A DNA stretch of 64,000 nucleotides, from positions 15,456,569-15,520,568 of the forward strand of contig JAUZTB010000027.1 in assembly GCA_034780895.1 (NCBI GenBank), in the 5' to 3' direction. A model generated the notes under the pieces. The model saw only the letters and a program-made list of their open reading frames with translations. It did no database searches and was not told the DNA's origin. Within the stretch, counting starts at the first letter, position 1, and every line of letters starts with the position of its first letter. Source of the stretch: Rhynchobatus australiae. Its lineage: Eukaryota. The translations under genes were made by a program, and so were the position numbers. Of the stretch, positions 13,547 to 27,600 are shown piece after piece.

Positions 13547-14203
13547 CTATAAAGATGCAACATAAATTGACTTTACATCTCCTGCACTACTTGATAAATC
13601 CCTTAAAACTGCATTTTGGCTCTAGCAACCTTTGCCTGCAAGCTTGAAATAAGCCTACCATAAACCAGATATCCCAGATGTAAGGATGGACGATTAAAAA
13701 AAAGCCTCCACCTGTCCCTTAAATAGGGGGATGGTGGTGGAAGGTTCTGGCAGAAGTTTCCATACTAGGGCTCAGTTGGTATTGAGCATCAGTATTAGCA
13801 GGCAAATCTCTGATACCTACAAAGGGGTTCCAGAGACAAGTTAAGTTCTGGATCTCAGGACTGGGCTGGGCAATTTCTTTTTTAAAAAAAAAAGATTAAC
13901 AGTTGTTCCTTTCAAATGAAGAGGTTGGACCAAGACATATTCGTTTCCTCGGGGGGAGGGTAAAGTTTGGAACATTCAAGCTAGCTCCATGTCCCATTTC
14001 TACTGAGGGGAAGAGTAATGGAGGTTGAAGTTTACCCCAGATACATCCTTGCTCTCTCTATCCACTAAAGACCTCCTGCTCCCAATCCCACCCACAGTCC
14101 CGTACGTCTTGCTAAGGTTGGGCAGGCATAAGCTTGCAGGCTATATTCAGTATTAATGCTGGAAAGGAACCTGTAGACATCTCAGTAAACTGAATGTCCT
14201 TAC

Positions 14204-14270
14204 CGCTTCATAATAGAGTGTTCCGATTACTTTTGCCTTTGAGGATTTGCAATTGGCTGGGCATTTATAC
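14204..14270 (-). CDS. CRISPLD2: CRISPLD2 exon: (R)YKCPANCKSSKAKVIGTLYYEA
   Basis: 67 nt, AG/GTAAG flanks. Confidence 0.93.
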
Positions 14271-14760
14271 CTAATCAACAAAAATACTCCATTAGTCAAC
14301 ATTTTTAGACAGTGCAGAACATGTGAGAATTCCTCAGGTCACACTTTGAAGATATATTCAGTTGTTTAAAATGTTAAAATACATCATTATAATGTGTGCT
14401 CTCACTGCCTATTTAACAGTGCAGGTTTTCTGCCTTCTACTCCTGCATAAAAACTTCTCTGTAATTGGTATTGCAGGTTAAACAATATAAATTCGTGAGT
14501 CTGATGAAAGCCATCATGTCCTTGGAGGGACATTTGGTGTAACAGTCAATTTCAGCATCCAGTATTCTACTGTACCTGTTTTGAAAAACTATTTTAGTAT
14601 CACTAACAAAAATAAAAATATCACAAACAACAAATTTACAGAATTTGTGCTAGTCATGGACATTATTCTTGTTATTTCTGTCTATATAGAACTCTGTAAA
14701 TGATGAAAATGAAGGAATAATACACATAAATAATATAGGTAGAGAAGGTAATAATAATAC

Positions 14761-14821
14761 CTGTTGCAAGTTGTCCCTTTGCATTTATCTCTCATTTTAG
14801 TTTCACACTTGATGACTTGAG
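14761..14821 (-). CDS. CRISPLD2: CRISPLD2 exon: (T)[19 protein letters not shown]
   Basis: 61 nt, AG/GT flanks, start of LCCL1. Confidence 0.94.
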
Positions 14822-16089
14822 CTGAAAGGCAATCAAATTTTATATAATGATCTGAAAGCATAACAATTTCAGTCAAAAGTAAAAAGAATTGGCAACCATA
14901 TAACACTCAGGTTGCAGTGGAGAATCCATAAAAGTCTCAGTAAATCAATAGGTGTTGTGAAGTTTTGGCCTTGGGCTAGAGAAAGGATAGAGAATTCAAT
15001 GTCAAAGTACTGGGAAGCTGCCTAGAATGAGGACATACAAACTTGAAGAAAGACTTAAAACACACTGTTTTCATTTGATGGAAAGAGTGATTTGATACAA
15101 GCATTTGAAGGTATGAATGGATGAGGTAGGGCAGATAGAAGTGAACTGTTATAAGGTCTAGATTAAAGGAATGTGGATGCAAGTTGAAAACAGAAGAGAT
15201 TTGGGATAGAGGAAAGAGAAATATATTTTACACAGTTACATAGTTATGGAATTGACTACCAGTGATTTAAGTCAAGACCACATCCACATTTGCCAATATT
15301 AATATAGTAGGCAAAAAACACAATATGGGAACACAGCAAGCAGAAGGATTTTAGGTCTCTGATCATGGGAGGATAACAAGTCAAGATTAATCATGCTGAT
15401 CAGATCAGGGTATTTTAATTTGACACATAGCTTGGAACAGAATCAGCTCCAAAAGAGAGCCGCTAGAAGAAATGTGGGATGCCTTTCACTGAGTGAGCTA
15501 TCTGTTTAATTGAGCAGATTTAGAAGGTTCAGGTAAAAGAGACAATACTGGTGCTGTGGGTCTAAATCCTGAAACTCCCTCCTCAACAGGAGGATCTTTA
15601 CAAAAAGGACTGCAGCAGTTCAAGCAGGCTGCTCACCATCATCACCTTTTCAAGGGCAGTTGAGGTGGGCGATAAATATTAGCCTTGCAAGCGACATCCA
15701 GATCTTGGGAAAAAAAAATGAATTTAAAAAAAACTGTAAACTTCAGCACATGAGAAATAACCTGATAAGGTGAATTGTCTGCCTTTGTTAGAACCCAGCA
15801 GCAACTAATGGGAATGTGGTAGCGTTTACGAAGAGCCAAAAGACCAAAAGTAATTGATTTCAGTGCTGCCCTACTCACATCGATAGACAAAAATCACACA
15901 ATGTCCTTCAACTGTTTCTAAGGCCACTAAAAAATGTTGCCACATGCACCAATTTGCAGAAAAGGCTGAAATGTATGGTTCTGGTACAACTTCTGTACCT
16001 TCGGCAGGCCAAATCATTTGTGAACACATAGCTGTCTGTTTCAATGGGGGATATTGTCACTACATCAATCGAATTGTTTGCTTGAGTCA

Positions 16090-16415
16090 ACACAGAAAAT
16101 GCTAGAAAAAAAAAATTAGCAGGTCAGGGAGCATTCAGGAAAGAGAAAAAATTAAAGTTCCAAATGAAGGGTCTTCAACCTGAAGTGATAACTGTTTCTG
16201 TTTCCACAGATGCTGCCTAGTTCTGCTGGCAGAATTCAGCAGGGCAAGCAGCATCTGTGGGCGGAAAGGAATTGTCCACACTATGGGTTGAAACCCTGCA
16301 TCACCTGACCTTGCTTCAGATTCCAACATCTGCAGTCTCCTGTGTCTGCCTGACCTGCTAAGTACTTCTAGCATTTTCTGATTTTATTTCAAATTTCCAG
16401 CATCTGCAGTTTTTT
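16090..16415. mobile_element. Cluster of nested or inverted Penelope-derived short repeats
   Basis: Same arm sequence (GATGCTGCCTGACCTGCTGAGT...CCAGCATTTTCTG) in both orientations. Confidence 0.65.
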
Positions 16416-17308
16416 TATGTCTTTAAATTTGTGCAACTAATTGAACCTTAGAGATATGGTCAAAAGAAGCNNNNNNNNNNNNNNNNNNNNNNNNNNNNNN
16501 NNNNNNNNNNNNNNNNNNNNNNNNNNNNNNNNNNNNNNNNNNNNNNNNNNNNNNNNNNNNNNNNNNNNNNNNNNNNNNNNNNNNNNNNNNNNNNNNNNNN
16601 NNNNNNNNNNNNNATATTTAGATTAAAGCACACTTTAAGAACAATGTAAAAATGCTTATAATTCAACAATACCTTAAAGAAGCAATGTTATTTTAATAAT
16701 AGGAAAATATGCTAAGTGCCATTCCACACCACCACAACTTGCTTTCATGCTTTGCTCTGTTCTGCATTGTATAGATATAAAATGATTTGACACTTTCTTA
16801 TTGGGTCTACGTAATCTCTGTGCTTGGTCAAACAGTGGATCTCTGCTCCTGCGTTAGTTCTTTACTGTTTCTCAACCTGCACAAGTCACTTGAAGCTCAA
16901 GAACAGGCAATGAGCCTACAAAACCACAGGCTGCTCGGAGTTCCAGCCAACAGCAAGACTCCATCTGCAAGAATCAGTCTGGACAGCTACCTTCCTCCCA
17001 TTATAGCTGAATGGTATACAGAATTGAGAATTAAAAAGATTTCTCACACAAGCCTTAAATTATAACCAGATGTAGGGTGAAAGCTTTTGGCAAAAAACAA
17101 GTTATTCATCAGACAATTACGACCACAGTAAGGACACTCAGAAGCATGTCCATTAACTGGGATCCCAACATATCTAGTTATATCAATGGTGCAGTAATTT
17201 TGAGGAAAATTGCATAATGAATATCGAAAAATATGTCAGCAGGTTTTTGCACCCATGCCTGACAATGGCTCATTAAATATGGGTACCTAAGCAGGAAGGG
17301 AGAGCCAG

Positions 17309-18300
17309 TGTAGTGATATTCCCAGACTCTGGAAAGTGCCTGGGAAACAGCAAGGAAGAGCCATGCAAAGAGCCCACTACTGCAGGAACTGTTTATGTAT
17401 ATAGAAGCCCTTTCAGGACAATTTAATCACCTGTCAAAGGCATAAGTGAGGTTGGTAGGGTTGGTGGGGGAGCACCAGGAGCATGTTCCTCCATATAATC
17501 ACACTAAATACAAGAATAATAAACATGTAGTTATGGTTCATGCATACCTTTGCCCTACAGTATCAACGATGCATGGACTTGCCCCACTAAAAACTGGCAA
17601 AAGTCCTCTGCATACCGGGATGTCTGATATTGGAGCTTAAGATCCACAGCTGCTCAGCTAATGTCTAGGGAGAGAGCATGTGAAACAGAGAGAGATGGAG
17701 GCAGAGAGAGAGAGAGAACCAGAGATCAGGGAGAAAGAGAGAGACGGAAAGCAAGTAATTGAAGATTATGAAGTAGAACTACCTTGGCAGAGAGTTCAAT
17801 GTTGCAACCCAAGGAAAATTATTACAGGGAAGATCACTGAAGAGTTATGAAGACATGAAGAATTCAAAGCTGAAAATGAGGAACTTAAGTAGAGATTGGA
17901 GGAAGTGACGACTGAAAAAAAGGAGCTTAAGCATTATCAAGAGGAATGGAGGTGTTGAGAAGCACATCTAGGCACTTATAGACAAAGAGACAGTTGTGTC
18001 ATTTCCATAATGTGAATGAGAAAGACACTTGGACTTTCACAGAACTCCCTTCACCCCAGCCCCTCCTTCCGCCCACCCATATTCTATGGCTCCCTGCCCC
18101 TTTACTCCATTGCAGAGAAAAGAAAAATTTTGGCAAGCAGTTGGAATTAATTGTAGCTCTTTCACAGATGACAAAGAGTATCAAGCAGCAACTCAAAGTG
18201 ACCTTAGCTACTATTAACAAGTGAACAAACAACAGAACTTAAACAATAATATTACAAGAGAAAAAGACTAAATGAGTAAGTTATAAGATCTGTGTGGTTT
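17309..18300 (+). mobile_element. Possible LTR retroelement remnant (LTR 17309-17591, PBS-like TGG, degenerate coiled-coil reading frame)
   Basis: TGTAGTG...CACTAAA ends, internal TATA and AATAAA, then AACTGGC. A stop-interrupted E/K-rich frame follows (EEFKAENEELK*RLEEVTTEKKELK). Confidence 0.4.
17686..17745. repeat. Imperfect (GA)n microsatellite
   Basis: Direct reading. Confidence 0.7.
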
Positions 18301-21300
18301 TCAGAGAACTGTCTCTATAAAACCAACTGAGACTAATCATTTTTTGCAATTGTTATTCTTCCAGCATTTTCACAGATGTCTATAGCATGCTCCACCCCTT
18401 TTCCAGTCTGCAATGTTAACCCATTCATAGACTGTAGTTTAGTTAAGGCAAGGTTTTTCTCCCAATTATTTCAATCTTTGTTTATCTTATAAGCCAAATT
18501 TTCAAATGTCATAGTCTTTTATTCCCCTGTATTTACATGGTTGTACTAATTTGAGACCACCTGCATTCCTGAGTCAGAAATGAGCCTGAATAATTGACCT
18601 AGCTGTTCTGACCACACAGAACATGTGCCTCATCAAGCTATTAGACACCAGGCCTCTAAGGGAAACAGTGCAAGTAAATTACTAAATGGTTTCTAAATGC
18701 CATCACACATTACCTGAATTAAATAAAAGGCCATGACAGAAAATATGGTGTCCTTCTGGTGTCAGTAAGGTAACAAGGGTTATTAAATACTGACCAAGGG
18801 GTCTAGCTTGGAAAAATTAGCTAAGGGGCATTCATTTCTTAACTCAACTTGATATAGTGCCCCAAAATTCTTGGAGATTTTGATTGGTCTCTATGTGCAT
18901 GGAATGCAGTGAGGAAATGGAGGGCTATGTGGGAGGGAAGGGTTAGATAGATCTTAGAGCAGGATAAAATGTCAGNNNNNNNNNNNNNNNNNNNNNNNNN
19001 NNNNNNNNNNNNNNNNNNNNNNNNNNNNNNNNNNNNNNNNNNNNNNNNNNNNNNNNNNNNNNNNNNNNNNNNNNNGAGGGCTATGTGGGAGGGAAGGGTT
19101 AGATAGATCTTAGAGCAGGATAAAATGTCAGCACAACATCATGGGCCGAAGGACCTGTACTGTACTGTGCTGTAATGTTCCATGAAACACCAGGTTTCAT
19201 TTTAAATGTGATGAATATTCAAATTATGTTTACTCCTTCATAATAGTGTTATACAGTGAAGGTGAAAATACAATTAATCAATCAATAGTTTCTAAATGTG
19301 TACGTGTTTTAGAAATTCCTTGATTCTGAAACTCTTCTGTTTAGTTATTCAGTGAAACAGTGGTGCTGCTGCTTAAGATAGTAATGTCAGATATTGGAAA
19401 AATGTGGCCCCTTCAGTAAAATAGTGCTTGAAACAGGACCTGTACATTTGTTTTCATGACCGCAAGATCAAAGACTTTTTTGTTTTCGGTTCAGTAATGA
19501 ATCTTTAAAGTTTACTTGACACCTGCATGTGTCTGGAAATGCTGTGGTAAAGCAAGCTCTGAAGTTAGATTACTGACATAGGGATTTTTAAAAAATAAGG
19601 TTTTTTGTATAGTATCAGCCCCACTTGGAAATTCATTGGGCAACAACCTTTGCTAAGTTGTGATGTTGAGCATAAAGAGATCATGCTTTATTAAGTGTTA
19701 AGTTTCAGACTTAATTTGGATGGGTGCATTCCCAAAGGAGATCAGAGGAAAATAAAAATTATCAACAAAGACCGTGCATGCCATGCAATATAAAACATTC
19801 AAGAGCTCTTCAGAAGAGGCACGATAGATGTTGTTCTTTATTACAGGTGATCATTGTTCCCAGGATGCGATGATGATAATGGCAGAGGAGCAGCAAGAAT
19901 ACTTCTTTTGCCGGAAAAGATGTTGGTGCGAGAAGGAGATCCAGCAGTGGTTACAGATGTGGCTCATAACCATTGAACTGATAACACAAAAAGCCATGAG
20001 AAGAAATTTTGCAGAGTGAATGGAAAGGTTGATGTTGTGTAAAATGATCCCCTACTATCAGCAGTAAACACACCAGACTGTGAAATGGGATGCTTGTATG
20101 ATATAAAGTGGCCAAAAGAATGGAATTAAACTTATTAGAGCCCCTAAACTTTGCTCCATTTTTACTGCTGTAATTAAGCAAGATAGCCAATGTACTCAAA
20201 AGCAGGAGCAATATAATTAGAGACTAACTTAGGTAACTAAATTTGCNNNNNNNNNNNNNNNNNNCATGAAGAAAAATGGGGGACTGAAAATAGTTAAGAA
20301 TAGAAAGTGGAACCATGCAGTTATTTTAAATGACAAGAGAATAATTAACAGGAATTTGGAAAGCAAGGTCTTCATTAATATCAGGTAAGGAGAGCTGAAG
20401 AACATTTGGAATAAGTGCAATTAAATTAGTAACATTAACTGCAACCTTAATGTAAAAAAAACATGTCAAAAGTCACAAAACACAGCTTTTATGGAAGAAT
20501 TCACCTAAATCAGATCTGAAAATTAGTTTAAATGTGAGCATGGATTCCAAATTTTATAACAATAAAACATATCAGATCCAAGATTAATATAGAACAGTGT
20601 CTCAGAGCAGTCTTTTATTACTAGAAAGCCTGTAGTCTGATCAGGGAGACTCTGGGATTGACTCAGAGCAGTGGCCATCACCTGCCGAAGGAGACTGATA
20701 AACCTATAAATTCCTTCACCTCCAGCGTTCTAGATCAATACATGAAGCATGTAACAATATTGGTAGGAAGGCAACGGAGACTCTGGAAACCCTCAGGGAA
20801 GACGACACAGTAACAATTCTGATGGGATGATGCGCATTGCCATTTTGTGGCTTCGCTCTGGATAGAGCGCCATCATCCCCCAGCTCTTCTGTACAACTTA
20901 AAATGCTGCACTTTCACAGCAACGGAAGGATGACACCATTTGAATGGGTCACTCAGTGGTCCGTAAGCCACTGATTAAAGTTTCCTAAACTAAGGTTGAA
21001 TATAGATGCCTGCACAGCCAACAACATAATTCAGGTATGTCTGTTGCCAGGGCAGGAGCTAGTGAATGCTCTCACAATCATTCAAATCTATCCTGGAGTG
21101 AAACAGAACTTTGGAGAAACATTAGTTAATAGTGGCATAGAGTGATTCATGAATGGTTGGAAGGAGGTGGGTGGATGGGGGGTGTATGTGAGGGTGGTGT
21201 TGTACAAAGGGGATTGGCACCTTTAGCTCAGAATCAGGTCTACAGAGAGATAATAATCTTAACCAGCTTGCTTGTCTAGTTAAGAAATCCCTGGATGGAT

Positions 21301-22302
21301 GAGATAAATGAATGCCATGACACTTCTTGCTTCAAAAGAAATAGCTGGATGTCATGGCTTCAAGTGCTGGGAAACTGACATAACCCTTCATAATTAAAGG
21401 TTTCTTTATCCTTCTCTCAAAATAATCCCAGCTTCTATCTAAGTGAAAGCTCTTGTCCCAAGGACTATTCTGGTTAACCTCTACTAAACCCTTTCCAAGG
21501 CTTGGACATCCTTCTTAAAATCTGATGTCCAGAATTAGACAACACTAGAGCTTGGATCTAACCAGTGATTGATAGAGGTTTTGCATGACTTTCTTATTTG
21601 TTTAACTCTATGCCTCAAGATTTAATGCCCAACGATCCTGTAAAATTATTTTCACAGTCTTCTCAATGTTATCATATTTGAACACATGATGGGGTAGTGT
21701 GGTTAGACAATAGTTGCTGGGAAGGATTAGCCATGAAGGTGAACAAAAAATGCTAAAAGTTAGGAAAGTGGAAAAGAGTTGACACGTGAGGAAGCGGATG
21801 GAATGATGGATAAGAAAATAAATATTAACCAACAATGGAAGGGAGAAATCTGGCTCCAGAGCTAGATAATGCTGATAAAAGCAACGCTGGAGAACAACCA
21901 TTCCTCGGCATTGATGATTACTTACAAAATATCCATTTCTATAGTAATTAGAAATACAATGGGACCCTTGGAAGCCACAAGGTCTCAATCCCAGCAATTT
22001 GCACACCATTCCCAGCAGATCATCATTTCCATGTGTGCAGTTGCAGCCTCTCTCAGAGCTCTGGAACTCTTTTTGCAAGGTAGTGCACCAGCCTTACAAA
22101 TGCTTTGCCGCTGAACTACTAACAGACTGCTAACTAGCCCACTCTCATTTCAAACTATACGTTCCAACAAAAACCTAGCTTCACCTGTGCTCCTGACACT
22201 GTCAAGAGCTTCAAGTTCTGTTTTACCCAATGGCACACAAACTTCCTGAAGATCTCTGTAGCATTTAAGTAAACTACGCATATAACTTAAATGCTTCCTT
22301 AC

Positions 22303-22452
22303 TCATGTAATCATTGCCGCTGTGTTCCACCGTCGGTGGCTGTGGTTTTGGTTGGAACTTTGGTACAGTCCAAGGAATTAACACGCCTGTATCGATCTGG
22401 GAAGGCTCGACTTCATTCGTATGTTCATGCTGTGGTCTTTTCATTGTATTGT
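22303..22452 (-). CDS. CRISPLD2: CRISPLD2 linker exon: DNTMKRPQHEHTNEVEPSQIDTGVLIPWTVPKFQPKPQPPTVEHSGNDYM
   Basis: 150 nt, AG/GTAAG flanks, phase 1-1. NEVE and terminal YM motifs as in the CRISPLD hinge. Confidence 0.88.
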
Positions 22453-24763
22453 CTGAAAGAAGATGACGAAATATGGTCAAACAATCATTTGTGCAGATGG
22501 GTAAGAATTCCTTTGCAGAGGCCGTGACTCAAGATCTTTTCTTACTGTTCATTTCCCAGTGTATTTTTTCTACTTTCTTGCATCCACTCCCCTGCCCTCT
22601 GCAGCGGGTGTAAGGCTGGGATGTCAAGCCCATTGTTACCCATGCACTGTCTATGCTGATGACACCCCTCACCTTGACGATGAAACCTCTTTGAATAACT
22701 CCTACCACAACCGCCATTCCTCAACTCTCCCTGTGCTGACACTATCAAACTCCTAATGAAATAATATCAGCTACATTTAGGTTTGAGACACCATCTGCAC
22801 TACTGACTATATCTTAGTTTAAAAAAACTTTAACCCCTCCCTCCACCTTTGTACCTCCATGCCCCCAATTTAAACTCTTAACCATGGCTTTTCTCACTGG
22901 AGAGGAGGAGGATGAGGGGAGACATGATAGAGGTGTATAAAANNNNNNNNNNNNNNNNNNNNNNNNNNNNNNNNNNNNNNNNNNNNNNNNNNNNNNNNNN
23001 NNNNNNNNNNNNNNNNNNNNNNNNNNNNNNNNNNNNNNNNNNGTGTAGTTTGATGGCGGCACAACACAGTGGGCCGAAGGGCCTGTATTGTTCTATGGTA
23101 AAAACAAACACCACGATATTTATAAATATGAGTGGACATAATGGAGTTGCTCAAGTACCTTAAAGGCAGAAATTCATCTCTAATTGCTAGTGCTAAATGG
23201 GCATACACAGCCTATTGAACATCCATCTGCTGTTTGGTTCCACTGAAGACAATGTTCAGAGTGCAGTCCTGGCCTGACTGGTAGCACCATGTCCAAGTTC
23301 ATTCCCAGCCACACAATGCCTGCAAACCCATTCACTTCCAAAAGTGCATATTGACAGAGAGCAAGAAACCTGGCCAATAGTTTCCCCCTATATAAAGCCA
23401 TTTTAGTGGTCCAATGGATAAATTAGGGCAATTAGAAAAATCCACAAAAAGTAGGCATTGAGCATCGGAACATTTTAGTCATTATGGCTCTTTTTATCTG
23501 GTCTGAGCCATTAAGGGTAATTTTTCTGATGCTTGGGTTTACTTCTGTCCTACTGTATTTAGATGACAGTTATTTATCATTAATGGGAATAAATTTGTGC
23601 ACCAATGCCTATAAAGTTCATTTAGTGTCAAATCAACTGTTAATAGTGTAACTGGCAGCTTAAAATGGAATGTTCTGTTTAGAAACAAGCAGCTATTCAT
23701 TACAGAAGTGGATTTTGCTAGCCAAAGTCAACTGGATTAAAAATGTTAAATTAGTAGACTGAAAATTACATTAATTTAGGCTGAGGAAAAAGAAGCAAAC
23801 ATTGAAATCTTTTCCCAACAGCAAACAGAAAAATATACTGGAAACCACATACCATTTTATTTTCCTCTAATGCCCATATTTATGTCTGTGCTAAAGTAAA
23901 TTTTAAACTCCTTCAGTAAATCAAACATCGTGCAGCCACTGTTAAAATACTGTGCTGTGTCAGTGTTATAAAAATGGAGCTGTATAAAGATATATACAGT
24001 ATTAAATTGTTGGAATATTTAAGTCAATTAAAATGCAATTACCAGTAAGCAGATAATTACTTGTAGATGTTACACAAAATTATATTTCTCAGGGCTTCTT
24101 GTTTTTCATTTCTTTTGTACAATCAGCATTGAATGTGCCATCAAACATCATATTTTATATGTTTCTTATCTGGTTTGTTAAAATAGTGTCAGTTCCTTGA
24201 TATAACTGTTGTTCTGTTCAGTTACTTTAAGACACTCTGTATTGATATGGGAGGAATAGCTTTCACTTCATAATCTCTAACTCTGAGCAGGTTTAATAAG
24301 CCAGTTGATCTTGCCTTGTTCCAAAATTTAAATTCTTATTTTCACATCCTCACCAAAGCTTTACATCACTTACCAGCTCATCTCTTTAATCACTTTATCT
24401 ATCTCCTAAACTCCCATTTCTGTCTGTTTCTTATAAACCCTATTTTTTTTTCTCCCGAACTTCTTATAGTCACTGCAACTCACCTTTTCATCCAAAGCAG
24501 CTCCTTGGCCCAAGACCTTACATCTACCAACATGCATGTCTGCAGCCACTACGATGACTCAACACTAACTCAATGAACCTTCTTGTGTCAGTGATACAAA
24601 ATATTAAGCAAACAGCACTCATCTACATTCAAATAAAATAACCCCTATGTGTTGTTAAGGACAGCTATAGATTATTTTTGGAAGCGGGGTTGGTGTAAAT
24701 TTTTAAATTTTGATGTTAATGTTTTTTTAAATAAGGATGCTTATAAACAATGTGCTAACGTAC

Positions 24764-24864
24764 CTTTGTAGCAGAGGTTATTCTTGCAACCTCCACCATA
24801 GCTGGGTGGGCACTCTGAACATGGACGACCATGCTTATATGGAGCTTCCCCAATCCAATTACCC
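24764..24864 (-). CDS. CRISPLD2: CRISPLD2 exon: [33 protein letters not shown]
   Basis: 101 nt, AG/GT flanks, CAP C-terminal and hinge cysteines. Confidence 0.96.
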
Positions 24865-25854
24865 CTGGTTGATTCAAAAAAGAATTTCAATACAAATTTA
24901 GTTTACATAAACTAATCTCATTCAGTGCTTTGATTCTATTAGCCTTTGTCTCTAAAATAAACGTCAAAGTAAACCAAATAAAAGCTCCAAAGTCTGACCA
25001 AGACAGGTAGCATCATGAAATACAATGCAGCAATCAACTAATCAGTCGCAGTAACAAATGTAAGAGAGCCTGCTATTTCTCTCACTCCTGACAGGTTTAA
25101 GTTGACAGGTGAGAGAAGCATCTCAATGGTTATCCAGAAAACAGTTGACTAATCCAAGCAAATGAAAGATGTACCCATGCTTTAGCAAAAGAAGAGGGCA
25201 AAACTAATAAATAAATGGTGGTCTGTAGACAATTTCCTTTCTTCTATCTGATGGCAGCCACTCATGCTGTGCCATAATAAGCAGCGCTGGTATTAGCTAA
25301 ACTGTCATGAGTCATGTCAAAATAGATAGCGACTGTGTAGGCATTCTACAGTATAAAATCTAAAAACAGTGAAATATACACATCTTTGAGCATTAGCGTT
25401 TCATCCAACTGCCCAGAAAATCTGCTAGTCCAGCACTGCCAAATTTCCAAGGGTACAAGATTATCTGAATTTTACTATGGATGTAAATCGGCATCAGGAT
25501 TCAAATAAGGTAGTAAATTTACCTTCTCACACCTATTGCATTGACCAGGTAAATGAAGCATTTAGCAACTTTGAACACTCTCAATGGCAACTATATTTGT
25601 TTCAATAAACAGTTTGCCAATTACATTGTAAAGAGTTAGACAAGAGCCAAAGACTCTGTGCTCCATTTATCAATTAACCAACAATACCCTCCGCGGGGGG
25701 GNNNNNNNNNNGCAACAATATGTCAAAATGTCTAAAGTAACCAGTGTGACATATTTGCAGTACAACTATGTGAGACTTGTTGGTCTTATAAGAAAGGAGG
25801 AACAGGATCAGGGGTGTTAATAAATAGCTAAATTTAGAATAGTATTGAGCTTAC

Positions 25855-25970
25855 TTTGGGGAGTAGTTGCACACAAGGTACACAGCGTTCTCCCAGATTT
25901 CTCCCCACACGTTCATTCTTGCACAAACATTGACAGCACAGCCAACTCTGTTAGTTGTTGCCCACACCAA
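25855..25970 (-). CDS. CRISPLD2: CRISPLD2 exon: [38 protein letters not shown](K)
   Basis: 116 nt, AG/GTAAG flanks, CRISP signature 2 (LVCNYSP). Confidence 0.96.
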
Positions 25971-27467
25971 CTGTAAAGAAATGAAAAAAAAAGAAAGCTG
26001 TTAAACAAAGTATCTGTGTTTAAGTATGCCTTTTGTTCATAATAGCTTATTGCTAACCAAGTAAAAGTAAACACAGGTAATCTAACTTTTTAAAAAACAA
26101 CTCAATTGACTATTAGCTTTTCTCATTCAAGCCAAAATTTGGCTTAATAAATTGCAAAATAATCAACAGCATATAATCTCTAGTAAAGGAGGAAATGGGA
26201 TGGGAGTCATTAAGTGCAAAGTTGTTACATAGGCTTAAGAAAGGAAAAGTAGTAAATTACTCTTTGATCTGAAACCAAGCTAGTAACTGAACAGTTAAAG
26301 ATTAAATTGATGGGCAACTATCTGCAGATGTTTGCAAAAATTTAGGATAAAGGATTGGTGAAATATATCTTAAGGTGTATTTTGTAGTGTGTGTAAACCC
26401 TAGGTAATTATAAAGTGCATTGAGGAATAGTTAACTGCAAAGTGCATTGAGATTTATACCAAAGTTTGTGTAAAGAAGCACTTTAACAGCTCAATAATCT
26501 GCCTAAATTTAGTTTCTAAATTTGTCTGAAAACAAGTCTCCACGTCTCTCTGAATATCCAAGGAACATTTGTTTCAAGATTTAATACTAAGATTCACCTG
26601 AAATTTACGGCAGTTTCAAGTCCCGTGTTCTTTAATGCAATGATTGCTTCAAAAAGGTCAAGCTAAGTTTCATCTTACAATGGAAGATGAAACTTGGCTT
26701 TTTTTAAAATATTTAGTGGCAACTAAATGTTAATCACATTCTAATGATGGCTGGTTATCTATTTCAAATATTGACACTAAAATTACTGCCTAGAAAGAAT
26801 TCTTGCTTGAATGCAGTCTGGAGATAGCAACATGTATACATGTAGTTCTCTTGGGAGAACAGCTGTTGCCAGATGGACTGAACTTTAGAATCTCCCTCTC
26901 ACTGTCTGTTGGCTTTGTATTCCATTTTCCACACTAACATATCACTTTCTTTACCTAACCATCTCAGATCAGGAACTGTTATTAAATATAGTTAACAATT
27001 ATCAAACAATACTTACTGATGCACACACATTCAGCAGCATTTGTAAGCAGATTAAACATTATCATCAAGGAAAGGAAAACTGGATAATTGAGTATGCACT
27101 CACATTAAAAATGTTAATGTAATTCCCTGGGAAGCTTTAAACTACTTTAGTGTTGCTGTAATTATACAAAAACTGACAAATTGAAGCAGTCTAACACTGC
27201 CTCTTCAGTTTGATTTATGCTTTAACCAAAGTTTTATTCACCCAACTCCAACTTCTCATTACACCATTGCAGTGAACCCAAATCTGGTTTCCTATGCAAA
27301 TATTTTAGCTTAACTCTCTCACACACAACCCTTCTCCTTGCCTTCAGAAGTTTGACTATGTTTGTCAGAAGTGTTCCAATTGATTCTTGACCCCAAGTAA
27401 AATCCACATAGATTTTGCTCTTCAGAACATATATTCAGCCAAGCTGTGAGGCATTTGTTTTACTTAC

Positions 27468-27600
27468 TTGGGTGTAATGGGTGCACATTGCACCAGAACA
27501 TTTATCAGGACACCAAGGATTGCACTCATGTGGATATGGGTAGGTGTAATCTTTGACTTCATCGTACCATGCCTGCACATGTGAAGCTGGAGAACGATAC
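27468..27600 (-). CDS. CRISPLD2: CRISPLD2 exon: [44 protein letters not shown]
   Basis: 133 nt, AG/GTAAG flanks, CRISP signature 1 (THYTQ). Confidence 0.96.

Noticed and set aside
20820-20980. Intronic C/D box snoRNA
   Set aside because: Imperfect C box, spacing too long and no terminal stem.
21608-22114. 156-aa and 81-aa intronic ORFs
   Set aside because: No recognisable domain or splice support, and partly overlapping a decayed CR1.
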